Positions 7,150 through 16,960 are shown, numbered from the stretch's first letter. The stretch is DNA of 64,000 bases from an uncultured Desulfobacterales bacterium (GCA_964413125.1 CAYPSZ010000275.1:10397-74396), one strand, 5' to 3'. Numbers and translations: made by a program. The notes: generated from the letters alone by a model not told the origin.

Positions 7150-8223
7150 CTACATCCTCTCATAAAGCGATAAGATCTTTTCAGGTGTCAGAATACGCCT
7201 GAACTCCGGACCCAGGGCGCTAACAAGGTCGCGTTCAAGCATGTAGACAAGCTGAATCATGGTTTCCATCTGCTCCGGGGTAACATTTCGGGTGACATTA
7301 ACAGGAAGCCGGATATTGTTCCGCTCCACCATCTTGTGAAACAAGAGGACATCCGGACCGTAGAACTCCTCCAGGTGATTGAACACTATGCTGTTGGCTA
7401 TGCCGTGGCGAAAGCCCAGAACAAAGGCGATGCCGTAAGACAGCGCATGACAGACACCCACCGAGGAATTTGCAATGGACGACCCGCCCAGAAAAGAAGC
7501 CACCATGAAATCCGCATAGTTTTTCTCATTAAGGAAAAAGTCCTCCAAAACGGCCTTGGCCTGCAGGGCAAAGGGCCTGCCCATGGCATTCATTGCGCTG
7601 CCATGTGAGGCCTCCACACAGTGAATGAAATTGTCCATTCCCGCATAGAATTCCTGGTCCACCGGAACGGTTTTCAACAACCCCGGGTCCAGGAGTACTC
7701 CGTTGAAGATGCTTTGATCGCTGTTGATGCCCAGCTTCCTTGCCGGCCCAGTTAGTACGGCTGTACGGGTGGCCTCAGCCCCGGTCCCTGAGAGCGTGGG
7801 GACCCCGATTTTCAGAATGGCCCTGTTTTTTACCAGGTCCCACCCCTGATAATCGGCTGCCGCCCCGGGGTTTGTCATCAGCACGGAAACAGCCTTGGCC
7901 AGGTCCATGGTGGAACCGCCGCCTATGCCAACCACAACGCGAGGAGGATTCTTGTCCTTTCTCTCCACTATCTCAGCGCATACATCGTCCACATCCGAGG
8001 TCTTTGGCTCGCGAAGCGAGGCATCGAACCACAGCACCAGATCCTCGGAACCCGGTCGCAACCGGTCGCAAAGACCGGTCTGCCGGTGCACGGAATCAAC
8101 CACATAAGCTGTGTATCCTTTTCTATCGGAACAGATCTCATGGATAAATCCATTCAGATCCTCGAATCGATTCTCGCCGAACAATATGGATGGAACCAGC
8201 CTGGTAATTTTCATTGAATTCAT
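7150..8223 (-). CDS. Iron-containing alcohol dehydrogenase family protein
   Basis: 357 aa. GIGGGSTMDLAKAV nucleotide-binding motif, PTLSGTGAEATR, and His-rich metal site region (FIHCVEASHG ... VGVCHALSYG), typical of group III Fe-ADHs. Confidence 0.85.
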   Translation of the reverse strand: MNSMKITRLVPSILFGENRFEDLNGFIHEICSDRKGYTAYVVDSVHRQTGLCDRLRPGSEDLVLWFDASLREPKTSDVDDVCAEIVERKDKNPPRVVVGIGGGSTMDLAKAVSVLMTNPGAAADYQGWDLVKNRAILKIGVPTLSGTGAEATRTAVLTGPARKLGINSDQSIFNGVLLDPGLLKTVPVDQEFYAGMDNFIHCVEASHGSAMNAMGRPFALQAKAVLEDFFLNEKNYADFMVASFLGGSSIANSSVGVCHALSYGIAFVLGFRHGIANSIVFNHLEEFYGPDVLLFHKMVERNNIRLPVNVTRNVTPEQMETMIQLVYMLERDLVSALGPEFRRILTPEKILSLYERM

Positions 8224-8481
8224 GGAACGGCCTTTTCCGGCTTATGCCCTTTTCACCATAGAGAAGAATCCCTCCGCTCTGGAGGAGGGATAAAAAAATA
8301 CAACAGCTCTCTTCCTCTTGGCAACCTATAAAATTCAAAACATTTCAAAGGGAAGGTTTTTACCCGGGCTGTGATGTGCTATAAGATGAGTCGCAGCGCC
8401 GGGGTCAAATCTTGATGCTCACTCAAAAGCGGCTTTTTCATTGGGGTATGCAAAGGCCGGGACATAAAAGGAGGTGTTCCC

Positions 8482-9771
8482 GTGGATACGCGCCAGGCGG
8501 CCTCCAAGGCCGGAGAGGCGGCCGTTCGCCTCGCAGCAATCACTGCAGGACTGAAGAATCAAGCCCTCAGGGAGATCGCTCTATCCCTCAAGAAAAACAG
8601 CAAAGACATTGTCAAGGCCAACCGCATGGACCTTGAACAAGCTGAACGCCAAAAACTGTCCCCGCAGCTCATAAAGAGACTCCGCTTTGACGAGCCCAAA
8701 ATAGACGAGGCTTTTCAAGGCCTTGAAAGCCTTGCAGGGCTGGACGATCCGGTGGGAAAGACCTTGCGCGCGGTGGAACTGGACAGGGGGCTAGAGCTTT
8801 TCCAGGTGACATGTCCCATAGGTGTTATCGGGGTAATATTCGAATCCCGACCGGACGCCCTTGTTCAGATCTCTTCGCTTTGTCTAAAGAGCGGCAACAG
8901 CATCCTGCTCAAAGGCGGGAGCGAGGCTTCCCAAACAAACCGGATCCTGGCGGCGATCATCACTGATGCGAGCCTGAGCGCCGGAATCCCCGAAGGATGG
9001 CTGGGGCTTCTGGAGACCCGCGAGGATGTAACCGGCTTGCTGGCGCTGGACGACTGCATAGATCTTATCGTCCCCAGGGGAAGCAACGCATTCGTCCGTC
9101 ATATAATGGAAAACACCAACATCCCCGTACTCGGCCACGCCGACGGTATCTGCCACGTCTACGTGGATGTCAAGGCCGACCTCGACAAGGCCCTTAGAAT
9201 CACGGTGGACAGCAAATGCCAGTACGTTGCCGTTTGCAACGCGGCGGAGACCCTGCTTGTACACAAGGACATCGCCCGCGCATTCCTTCCCAAGGCAAAG
9301 GAGGCGCTCGAGGCCCGGGGCGTGGAACTCCGCGGCTGTAAACGGACCAGGGAATTGATCGACGTGATACCTGCAACGGAGGAAGACTGGCGCACAGAGT
9401 ACCTGGATCTTATTCTATCCATCCGTATAGTGAAGGGCCTGGACCAGGCAATCGAGCACATAAACCGTTATGGATCAGGGCACACCGATGTGGTGGTGAC
9501 CGACGAAAGGGAGAGGGGCCTTCGTTTCATGGAACAAGTTGACTCAGCCGACGTATTCCTCAACTGCAGCAGCCGATTCAGCGACGGTTTCCGTTACGGC
9601 CTAGGCGCCGAAGTGGGTATCAGCACGAACAAGATTCACGCGCGCGGGCCTGTGGGGCTCGAAGGGCTTGTGATCTATAAGTGGAGGCTTTTCGGTGACG
9701 GCCATGTGGTTGCGGACTACACTGGAGAAAAGGCGCTAAGCTTTACTCATAAGGATATCAAAGCAAGCTGA
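8482..9771 (+). CDS. proA: Gamma-glutamyl phosphate reductase
   Basis: GTG start 7 nt after AAAGGAGG. ProA-like throughout (ANRMDLEQAE, PIGVIGVIFESRP, catalytic region AVCNAAETLLVH, HINRYGSGHTD, NCSSRFSDGFRYGLGAEVGIST). Confidence 0.95.
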   Translation: MDTRQAASKAGEAAVRLAAITAGLKNQALREIALSLKKNSKDIVKANRMDLEQAERQKLSPQLIKRLRFDEPKIDEAFQGLESLAGLDDPVGKTLRAVELDRGLELFQVTCPIGVIGVIFESRPDALVQISSLCLKSGNSILLKGGSEASQTNRILAAIITDASLSAGIPEGWLGLLETREDVTGLLALDDCIDLIVPRGSNAFVRHIMENTNIPVLGHADGICHVYVDVKADLDKALRITVDSKCQYVAVCNAAETLLVHKDIARAFLPKAKEALEARGVELRGCKRTRELIDVIPATEEDWRTEYLDLILSIRIVKGLDQAIEHINRYGSGHTDVVVTDERERGLRFMEQVDSADVFLNCSSRFSDGFRYGLGAEVGISTNKIHARGPVGLEGLVIYKWRLFGDGHVVADYTGEKALSFTHKDIKAS

Positions 9772-9847
9772 GCAAAAAACCCGCCTTCAGATTGATCATC
9801 ATGCAAGAAGAGCCTTTTGCACACTGAGGGCCAAGACCGAGCCGAGT

Positions 9848-10456
9848 TCAGCTCATACCCCGCGTGTCTTCATGGTTGAGCGAGGCGACGGATTCATCCG
9901 GGATTCGATACAACCTTCCCCTAAACCGGATGGAGACCTTCTCCTCCTCATCAAACTCCAGGAGATCGGAGATACGAACCAGGGCATGCTCAGTGAACCG
10001 CACACGGTGATCTTCAAGGCGCATGTATAGAACGTCGTTTTTTATAAAAAGGCTGAGAGGTCTCAAGCGTTCGCGACGACCGGTGTTAAGAGTGAGGACA
10101 ACTTCATCGTCGCTTATCGCCACATCAAATACGAACAGGGCTGTATCCTCACAAGGGAAGTAGACCTTTTCCCGGAAATGCGGGTGCTCCTGTTCCAGAT
10201 AATAGCCCTGCTCATCCTTTCGGATGCACGAATGAAAATAGGCTATGATCCGCGGATTCTCGAATCTGCCCTGCTCTACGTGCCGCCAGCGGCCGCGCGC
10301 ATCCAGGCCGAATACGGCCTGCTCTTTCGGAATGATGATTTCCTTGCGCTCCTTTTCCAATCCATCCTCCTCAAGTATCATATCATGAAAGGCTTGGCGT
10401 ATGGTTGCAAGCAATTTCCTCTGTATAAGGAAAGGTATACTTGTGAAATGAAACAA
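9848..10456 (-). CDS. DUF1285-like protein (hypothetical)
   Basis: The layout FGLDARGRWRH..G.F.NPRIIAYFHSCIRKDEQGYYLEQ...VYFPCEDTALFV resembles DUF1285 proteins (F.I..DG.W.Y.G..I....LV.LF..VL..D..G.Y.L). The listed start is a TTG at 10456. The first ATG is at 10381, so the start is uncertain. Confidence 0.55.
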   Translation of the reverse strand: MFHFTSIPFLIQRKLLATIRQAFHDMILEEDGLEKERKEIIIPKEQAVFGLDARGRWRHVEQGRFENPRIIAYFHSCIRKDEQGYYLEQEHPHFREKVYFPCEDTALFVFDVAISDDEVVLTLNTGRRERLRPLSLFIKNDVLYMRLEDHRVRFTEHALVRISDLLEFDEEEKVSIRFRGRLYRIPDESVASLNHEDTRGMS

Positions 10457-10577
10457 AAAGAGCTAACCTGACCACGCATGTCCGGCGGAAAAACAACCTC
10501 TTATCCGTGGGAAAGCCTGCGGCGGGGTTTATCGTCTTTTTGTAGCTGTCCACTTTCACTAAGAACAGGAAACTCCC

Positions 10578-11630
10578 ATGCTATCATCCAGGATGACCAA
10601 GCTCACGCCTTACGTGCCAGGGGAACAGCCCCGGGACCGGCTCTACATCAAACTCAACACGAACGAAAACCCTTACCCGCCGTCTCCCCGCATCGAGACT
10701 TTTTTGAAGAGCTTTGAAATAGAGAACCTCCGTTTGTATTCGGACCCCCTTTCAGGCGACCTTCGAAGACGTATTGCCGAGCGTTACGGCGTAACCGAGG
10801 CTGAGGTGTTTGTTGGCAACGGTTCGGACGAGGCACTGTCGTTTTGCTTTTACGCCTTTTTCGATTCAGAAAGCGGTCCGCTCATCTTCCCTGAGTTTAC
10901 TTATAGCTTCTACCCTGTGTACTGTGACTTCTACCAGATCGCCTATGAGCGAGTCCCTCTTGATGGGGAGTTCGGGGTGGACCTTGATGCCCTCCTTGAA
11001 AAACCGTCCTGCGGGCTGATCTTTGCCAACCCCAACGCCCCGACAGGGCACTGCCTGTCCCTTGACAGAATACGTAGCCTGCTGGAACATTATCCGGCCG
11101 GCCGCGTCGTAATCATTGACGAGGCATATATAGACTTCGGGGGCGAAAGCGCCGTGGAACTGATCCGAAGCTTTCCAAACCTGGTCATAGTGCAGACCTT
11201 TTCCAAAAGCATGTGCCTGGCCGGGCTCAGGCTGGGGTTCGTCATAGCCGGAGCGCCCCTGATTGAAGCGCTTTTCACCGTCAAGGACTCCTTCAACTCA
11301 TACCCCACGGATATATTGAGCCAGAAAATAGGTGAGATAGCCGTGGCGGATACCACTTACTACAAGACAATCACCAGGAAGATCATCGAGACCCGCGACC
11401 GGTTCTCCGCCCAGGCAGAGGAGCTGGGATGGCGCGTACTTCCCTCCAAAGCCAATTTCGTTTTCACCTCCAGACCCGGAGTCAAAGGCGAGGCCGTCTA
11501 CAGGCTTTTAAAGGAGCGGGGAATCCTGGTCCGGCACTTCAATGTGGAAGGGATAGAGGATTTCGTGCGTATCACCATTGGAAAGCCGGAGGATATGAAC
11601 CGCCTCTTGAGGGAAATGCAAAAAGTCTGA
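10578..11630 (+). CDS. hisC: Histidinol-phosphate aminotransferase
   Basis: LTPYVPGEQP, LNTNENPYPP, GNGSDE, IIDEAYIDF and a PLP-lysine context (QTFSKSMCLAGLRLGF). Confidence 0.92.
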   Translation: MLSSRMTKLTPYVPGEQPRDRLYIKLNTNENPYPPSPRIETFLKSFEIENLRLYSDPLSGDLRRRIAERYGVTEAEVFVGNGSDEALSFCFYAFFDSESGPLIFPEFTYSFYPVYCDFYQIAYERVPLDGEFGVDLDALLEKPSCGLIFANPNAPTGHCLSLDRIRSLLEHYPAGRVVIIDEAYIDFGGESAVELIRSFPNLVIVQTFSKSMCLAGLRLGFVIAGAPLIEALFTVKDSFNSYPTDILSQKIGEIAVADTTYYKTITRKIIETRDRFSAQAEELGWRVLPSKANFVFTSRPGVKGEAVYRLLKERGILVRHFNVEGIEDFVRITIGKPEDMNRLLREMQKV

Positions 11631-11749
11631 ACGATCGTGTCCATTGAAACGACATGAACCGAGAACGCTCACGTTCACCCGAACCATTAAATTCGCCGGT
11701 AAAGCTCACTTATTTAACTGAAACGAATGGATAAGACTAGAAGAGGCCC

Positions 11750-12100
11750 CTATAACCCACAGTTCAACTTGCCTGAAAACTTATGGGTCCTGTCCCACAC
11801 CGAGGTTTCACATATATCGTGGCCGGTTACGCTGTTCCGTCCTTTTTTGAGGCTAAGCGTTTTGGTTATCCGGTGGATCTCCCTGTCTCCGCCGTCGCGG
11901 AATGAGATCAGGAGCTCGCAACCTTCCCAATCGCGGTCCGACTGAATTGTCACGGTCCAGGAGACGGTAACCAGTACGGAGTGCTTGGCCACTTCCTGGA
12001 CATCCAGCTTGACCTGGAGCCCGGAAGAACCCGCGGGTGGGGGAATAAACGCCAGGAATAATACTGCTGCAAAAGCCGGCATTAAGTGAAGTTTCTTCAT
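11750..12100 (-). CDS. Small secreted protein, hypothetical
   Basis: Signal peptide (MKKLHLMPAFAAVLFLAFIPPPAGS), then a ~90-aa beta-rich domain with 3 Cys. It starts 3 nt after the stop of the Zn-ribbon ORF and has no own SD, so translational coupling is likely. Confidence 0.55.
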   Translation of the reverse strand: MKKLHLMPAFAAVLFLAFIPPPAGSSGLQVKLDVQEVAKHSVLVTVSWTVTIQSDRDWEGCELLISFRDGGDREIHRITKTLSLKKGRNSVTGHDICETSVWDRTHKFSGKLNCGL

Positions 12101-12103
12101 AAA

Positions 12104-12322
12104 TTAACGCGCACCGGATGTTGGAAAGGCCCCGTCCACTTCATCCAGGAGCTCAAAGGTCGCCTCGATAAAGCTGTCCAGGCTGTCACGGCACGCCGGG
12201 TCTTGTTCCTTGCTTGGAACGCTGACCAATCGGCCGCACACGGGACATCTAAGCGTAGACCCGTCCGATGCATTTACTTGACAATCCCTGCCGCAGGAAC
12301 ATCGTATGCGAATGTCCGGCAT
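12104..12322 (-). CDS. Small zinc-ribbon protein, hypothetical
   Basis: Strong SD (ttAAGGAGatttcaATG). CxC-x16-CxxC (CSCGRDC...CPVCG) followed by an acidic helical tail. The opposite-strand ORF 12086-12325 has no SD or motif. Confidence 0.6.
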   Translation of the reverse strand: MPDIRIRCSCGRDCQVNASDGSTLRCPVCGRLVSVPSKEQDPACRDSLDSFIEATFELLDEVDGAFPTSGAR

Positions 12323-12485
12323 TGAAATCTCCTTAATTGTGCCTCACGGATAAATCCGCCGCTTTTTGTGCAGTTTCCCCTATTCTTCTCAAAAAGTGAT
12401 TAACTCCATCTAAGGGAAGACTATCGCAGTCCTCCTCATCTCGTCAAGCCCCTCATGGAGGGTTTTCCCATTGGTAATCCTGGAT

Positions 12486-13430
12486 TTATGTTGAAATCTT
12501 TACTTTTGACTGTGTTTTCACGGCAACCTCAGCCTTACCCGGCCTGCCCAGCATATTCGCCAGCCAGACGCCGACAAGCACCATGGCCCCGCCGGCCACC
12601 TGAACCCCCGTCAGCCGCTCTCCCAGAATCACCCAGGCGGCCCCGGCGGTTACCACAGGTATGCCGTTAATGAAGACCGCCGCCCTCGAGGCCTCGATCC
12701 GTGTAAGGCCGTAGTTGTAACAGAGAAACGCGATCACCGTGGCAAAGACGGTAAGGTAGGCCGCGGCTATCATTGACGAGACCGTAACATCACTCCAATC
12801 CAGCACCAACATCTCCACGAAAAACATGGGCATGTAGAAAAGTGCACCGTATAGTATCTGCAAGCAAGTGATATCCCAGGCGGAGTACTCACGGCCGAGA
12901 TCTCTCGCCCCCACCATGTAAAGCGCCGCCGTAATCACGGCTCCAATTATCAGAAAATCTCCGATCAGGTGGTCACCCAGGGCCCACTTAAACCCCGGAT
13001 CTCCTGTAATGAGAACACCTATGCCCATCAACGACATCATAATGCCGAAAAGGGAAAGAGGGCGCATCCGTTCTCCTATAAGGACCCTGGCGAAAACCAT
13101 CACTGCTACGGGTACCGTGGCAATTATGAGGGCGGCCTTGGGGGCCGTGGTGTGTTGAAGCCCGACCGTCTCGAAATAGAAATAGAGCCCCGGCTCGAAT
13201 AGCGCCATCAGGAAGACTTTGATGTGCGCGCGGCGGGAAAGCCTGGGCAGCCCTCCCCGAAGCATGCTCACGAGCAGGAAGAGCAGCCCGGCCAGCCCAA
13301 ACCTCAAGAAAACGAGTGTGAAAGTGGTGATGGATTCCAGGGCCACCTTGGTGGCAACGAATGAAACTCCCCAGAAAACCACCGCCACGGAAAGCGCTAT
13401 GTACGCAGTGATATCTGTTTTTTCTTTCAA
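12486..13430 (-). CDS. EamA/DMT-family transporter
   Basis: Ten predicted TM helices in two EamA repeats. I prefer TTG at 13430 (preceded by GGGGAtgggtcg), which gives MKEKTDITAYIALSVAVVFWG. The listed ORF extends to a GTG at 13505. Confidence 0.85.
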   Translation of the reverse strand: MKEKTDITAYIALSVAVVFWGVSFVATKVALESITTFTLVFLRFGLAGLLFLLVSMLRGGLPRLSRRAHIKVFLMALFEPGLYFYFETVGLQHTTAPKAALIIATVPVAVMVFARVLIGERMRPLSLFGIMMSLMGIGVLITGDPGFKWALGDHLIGDFLIIGAVITAALYMVGARDLGREYSAWDITCLQILYGALFYMPMFFVEMLVLDWSDVTVSSMIAAAYLTVFATVIAFLCYNYGLTRIEASRAAVFINGIPVVTAGAAWVILGERLTGVQVAGGAMVLVGVWLANMLGRPGKAEVAVKTQSKVKIST

Positions 13431-13587
13431 CGACCCATCCCCGAATTTAGACCACCGGCTCCGAAAAAGCCTTCCCAGGCATAAGTCACCCCTGCAGTCA
13501 ACCACCCATCGTTGACAACATCACGGCTTGTCCCTATACTGCCGTTCTTCTTAAATAGGCCCATTGACTTGCCCGGAGCAACAATTC

Positions 13588-14394
13588 ATGAGAAACAGAA
13601 TAATCCCCGACTACCACCTTCACACATCTCTTTGCAAGCACGCCCGAGGGACGGTTCTTGAATACCGTGCCGCTGCAAGGGACAAGAGGATCCCGGAAAT
13701 CTGCTTCACGGACCACTGTCCCACTCCGGATGGATATGACCCTGGTCACCGTATGTCAATGGATAGATTCTTCTGGTACCGCCAAACGGTCCGGGAACTA
13801 CAGGACGGGCAGGAACCCCACGTCCTTTTCGGAATCGAGGCCGACTATTACGAAGGATGCGAGCGGTTCCTTAAAGAATGGCTGCCGTTGCAGTCTTTTG
13901 ATTTCGTTCTCGGGTCCGTCCATTTCATAGATCACTGGGGCTTTGACAACCCGGATGACCGCCATGTCTGGGATTCGGTTGACGTGAGAGCCACGTGGAA
14001 AGAGTATTTTACCCTTATTGGCCGACTGGCTGAATCCGGGTTGTTCGACGCAGTGGCTCACCTGGATCTACCGAAGAAATTCGGCTACCGCCCCCCTGAC
14101 CGGGATCTTGTGGAAATGGCCCGTCCAGCCATGGACCGGATCGCCGATGCGGGTATGGGTCTTGAGATAAACTCTTCGGGACTCAGGAAACCCGTCGGCG
14201 AGATCTACCCTTCGGTTACCCTTTTAGAGCTGGCCCTGGAAAGGGAAATCCCCATCTGTTTCGGTTCGGATGCACACCATCCCGGTGAGGTGGGCGCGGG
14301 CTTGGAACCGGCCCTGGATCTGGCCCGGCAGGCCGGTTACACCCGCTTCTTCCGAATATCCGGAAGAAACAAGATATCGGTCCCATTACCTTGA
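13588..14394 (+). CDS. Histidinol-phosphatase, PHP family (HisJ/HisK type)
   Basis: DYHLHTSLCKHA, CFTDHCP, GIEADY, GSVHF and FGSDAHHPGEVG are PHP metal-ligand motifs. ATG at 13588; the listed ORF starts at an upstream TTG at 13564. Confidence 0.8.
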   Translation: MRNRIIPDYHLHTSLCKHARGTVLEYRAAARDKRIPEICFTDHCPTPDGYDPGHRMSMDRFFWYRQTVRELQDGQEPHVLFGIEADYYEGCERFLKEWLPLQSFDFVLGSVHFIDHWGFDNPDDRHVWDSVDVRATWKEYFTLIGRLAESGLFDAVAHLDLPKKFGYRPPDRDLVEMARPAMDRIADAGMGLEINSSGLRKPVGEIYPSVTLLELALEREIPICFGSDAHHPGEVGAGLEPALDLARQAGYTRFFRISGRNKISVPLP

Positions 14395-14455
14395 CTGGAC
14401 CGGATATCTCAAGGGAAGGGGTTTTGCCCGGCTTCTATCATGCCGAACGTGGAAG

Positions 14456-15721
14456 ATGAAGAAAAAACCGGAAACAGCAAACCCGACTCACGGAACAGGC
14501 AAAGGGTGTAATTCCGCCCAGCAGCACCTGCGCCCTTCGCTGCTCAAGGCCGGCTGGCTCATCGACGGCACCGGCGGCCCCATCCAACAGGATGTGCTCC
14601 TCCAAATCCAAGGCCGCAACTTGGTCTCCATTGTTGCCGGAGAGGTTGAGGAGGAACTTGGAAATGACTTCCTCGATTGCAGCGGGTGCACACTCCTGCC
14701 TGGAATGGTGGATGCACATGTCCATTTGACCCTGCCGGACCCTGAACATAGAAAGGACGCACACTGGTCTTCGAACGCCGGCTTCGAGGGCACCGCCCGG
14801 ATAATCCGGAAACGCCTTATGGAGCACCTCGCCTGCGGGGTGGTGGCGGTGCGCGATGCCGGAGATCGGGCATCCCATGTTCTCAGATACAAAAACCATC
14901 TACTACCCGGAGCAGGGATTCCGGTCCTTTTGCGCGCAACAGGTCCCGCTTGGCACGTCCGCGGTCGTTACGGCCGCCTTATAGGATGCGCCGTTGACCA
15001 AGGCGTGTCGCTGGCGGAGATCATGAAAAGGGAAGCCTTCAACGTGGATCATATCAAGATCATCAACTCCGGTCTCAACAGCCTGGTGGATTTCGGCAAG
15101 GAGACCGCTCCCCAATTCAACGCCGAAGACCTGGCGGCCGCAGCCCATATTTTAAAGTCAAGGGGGATGCCAATCATGGTGCATGCCAACGGAAGCGCCC
15201 CGGTTCGCGATGCAGTGAACGCGGGCTGCGATTCCATCGAACACGGCTTTTTCATGGGCAGGGAAAACCTGGACCTTCTGGCGGCTCACGGAACCGCCTG
15301 GGTGCCGACCGGTTGCACCATGGCGGCCTATGCCCGAAACCTTCCGCCGGGGAGCAAAGAGAAGGCCGTAGCCGGACAGAACCTGGAACACCAGGTCTTT
15401 CAGATCTCAGAGGCCTGCAAGGCGGGGGTCACAATAGTCCTGGGAACCGATTCAGGCAGTCCCGGCGTCCTTCACGGCAGATCTGCAGCCATGGAAATCA
15501 GCGCTTTCCTGGATGCAGGCATGACGACTCAGGAAGCGGTTCGTTGTGCCACATGGAACGGAGCGGAGTTGCTCGGCCTGACCCATTGGACCGGAAGGTT
15601 GATACCGGACATGCCGGCCACATTCGTGGTGACTCGCGGCGGTCCGGAGCGCCTGCCCGGGAGTCTCGAGAAGCCCCTTGCAGTTTATGTCCGGGGTGTC
15701 CGGCAAGTTTCCGTTTTTTGA
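14456..15721 (+). CDS. Amidohydrolase-family metal-dependent hydrolase
   Basis: GMVDAHVHL (HxH), IMVHANG, IEHG and LGTDSG motifs. The internal ATG at 14456 avoids a 125-nt overlap with the upstream gene. Confidence 0.85.
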   Translation: MKKKPETANPTHGTGKGCNSAQQHLRPSLLKAGWLIDGTGGPIQQDVLLQIQGRNLVSIVAGEVEEELGNDFLDCSGCTLLPGMVDAHVHLTLPDPEHRKDAHWSSNAGFEGTARIIRKRLMEHLACGVVAVRDAGDRASHVLRYKNHLLPGAGIPVLLRATGPAWHVRGRYGRLIGCAVDQGVSLAEIMKREAFNVDHIKIINSGLNSLVDFGKETAPQFNAEDLAAAAHILKSRGMPIMVHANGSAPVRDAVNAGCDSIEHGFFMGRENLDLLAAHGTAWVPTGCTMAAYARNLPPGSKEKAVAGQNLEHQVFQISEACKAGVTIVLGTDSGSPGVLHGRSAAMEISAFLDAGMTTQEAVRCATWNGAELLGLTHWTGRLIPDMPATFVVTRGGPERLPGSLEKPLAVYVRGVRQVSVF

Positions 15722-15759
15722 CGCCATCCTTGACACCCGCCAAGAGAGGTCTCATACTC

Positions 15760-16173
15760 ATGCAGGCAGGTTCACCGGCAACCATCGAGACTGAAAACCG
15801 GACCCCCGGAGAAAACCCCATGGAAGGAACAGACGTTCGTGTGTATTTTCATCCCAATTTGGAAATCCGCTCCTACCTTACATCCAATCCCATAATGAAA
15901 CCGCAGGTTGAGGCCTTTGAAAAACCTCTCCGGGAACCGCCGGGACGGTTGAAGGCAAAGCTCGGCATTATCGGCGGCCAGGCAGTAAGGGAACTCCTGT
16001 CCGTATCAGGCGTTACAAAAATCCGCATCAAGCCCAAAGAAGTGATCATTCACAAGGATCCCCATGTCTCATGGGATGACTTGGAGGACGAGATCCTCTG
16101 CATCATGAATCGGGCGGTTCGAAAAAGCCGGATGCACGTCCTGAAACGGCAAAAGGCATCCAATGCTCTCTGA
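15760..16173 (+). CDS. Small protein with Nfu/NifU-N-terminal-like domain (tentative)
   Basis: ATG at 15760 after AGAGAGG; an alternative ATG at 15820 follows GGAGA. ELLSVSGVTKIRIKPKEVIIHKDPHVSWDDLEDEILCIMNRAV parallels the Nfu_N pattern (..GV..Vf.g.dfItVtK.....W..L...I...I). Confidence 0.45.
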   Translation: MQAGSPATIETENRTPGENPMEGTDVRVYFHPNLEIRSYLTSNPIMKPQVEAFEKPLREPPGRLKAKLGIIGGQAVRELLSVSGVTKIRIKPKEVIIHKDPHVSWDDLEDEILCIMNRAVRKSRMHVLKRQKASNAL

Positions 16174-16372
16174 GTTCCCGCCCCCAACAGCAGAGGCGGG
16201 GCCGGATAAACGGCATCCGACTCCCGCCCCTTCGCTTTCATTTTCATTCCAGGATCCGACCCCGAGATCTTCACAAAAGGCCTGCTGATCCATCCCGAAT
16301 GCTCGACTCCTGTTATCGCTGCGGTTCAGACATCCGGGAAGCGGGGAGAGGATCACGGCAAGTCCCTGATTC

Positions 16373-16960
16373 TTACGCCGCACTCTCCAGTCCCAGATCA
16401 AAGGCCTTCAGATTGGAATCCAAGAAAGCCTTCTTTGTGGACGAGGAAATGGTTGCTTTCATGCCGTCCGCTGAGACGGGTACGGCTCCGGACCCTATCA
16501 AGGCACCGAGCATTACCATGTTCAGGCTCAGTGGGTTGCCCGCCTTTTCGGCCAGCTCATTTCCTTTGAGGGCTATGACCCGGCCCACCTTCGCCTTGAT
16601 CAGTTCCATCACCTTGTCCACGGGCGGGTAAGTCCCCTGTCCGATGGATACTGTAAAAGGGGGCAAAGGCTGCAGATTGGTTATGACCAGCGTTTCGTTG
16701 TTGCACCTTCCTATGGTCCTGAGGGTCTCAAGTGGCTCGAAGCCCACAAGGACATCGGCCTCCCCGTTTGATACAATGGGACTCGTGACTTCCCCCATCA
16801 ATACCGCAGATTCCACCACTCCGCCACGTTGGGCCATGCCGTGTATCTCACTCACTACGGCCGGGATTCCGGCGGCCAGCGCCGCTTCGCCCAGAAGGCT
16901 CGAAGCCAGCAGGTTGCCCTGACCCCCGACACCGACGAATACGCATCTCTTCGTGTCCAT
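16373..16960 (-). CDS. iorB: Indolepyruvate:ferredoxin oxidoreductase, beta subunit
   Basis: VGVGGQGNLLAS...SEIHGMAQRGGVV is the typical N-terminus of the IorB/2-oxoacid:Fd oxidoreductase gamma-type subunit. It follows iorA. Confidence 0.9.
   Translation of the reverse strand: MDTKRCVFVGVGGQGNLLASSLLGEAALAAGIPAVVSEIHGMAQRGGVVESAVLMGEVTSPIVSNGEADVLVGFEPLETLRTIGRCNNETLVITNLQPLPPFTVSIGQGTYPPVDKVMELIKAKVGRVIALKGNELAEKAGNPLSLNMVMLGALIGSGAVPVSADGMKATISSSTKKAFLDSNLKAFDLGLESAA

Noticed and set aside
8268-8291. An 8-bp hairpin, ATCCCTCC-gctctgga-GGAGGGAT, followed by A7, between the divergent ADH and proA genes.
   Set aside because: It is not a terminator in either orientation: an A-run follows it on the plus strand and a T-run precedes it on the minus strand. 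It lies in a divergent promoter region and may be leader structure, but I have no support for a specific role.
14270-14455. Upstream extensions of listed ORFs that overlap the preceding gene: 14270 (amidohydrolase), 15313 (Nfu_N-like), 43063 (DUF72), 49303 (thpR), 34939 (livG), 35978 (livM), 38066 (SBP), 39918 (dehydrogenase), 54554 (bamD), 55818 (trxA), 55919 (radA) and 26128 (glnS).
   Set aside because: Internal ATG codons with proper SD spacing give N-termini matching the respective families. The extensions are Arg/Pro-rich read-through of the upstream gene's alternative frame.
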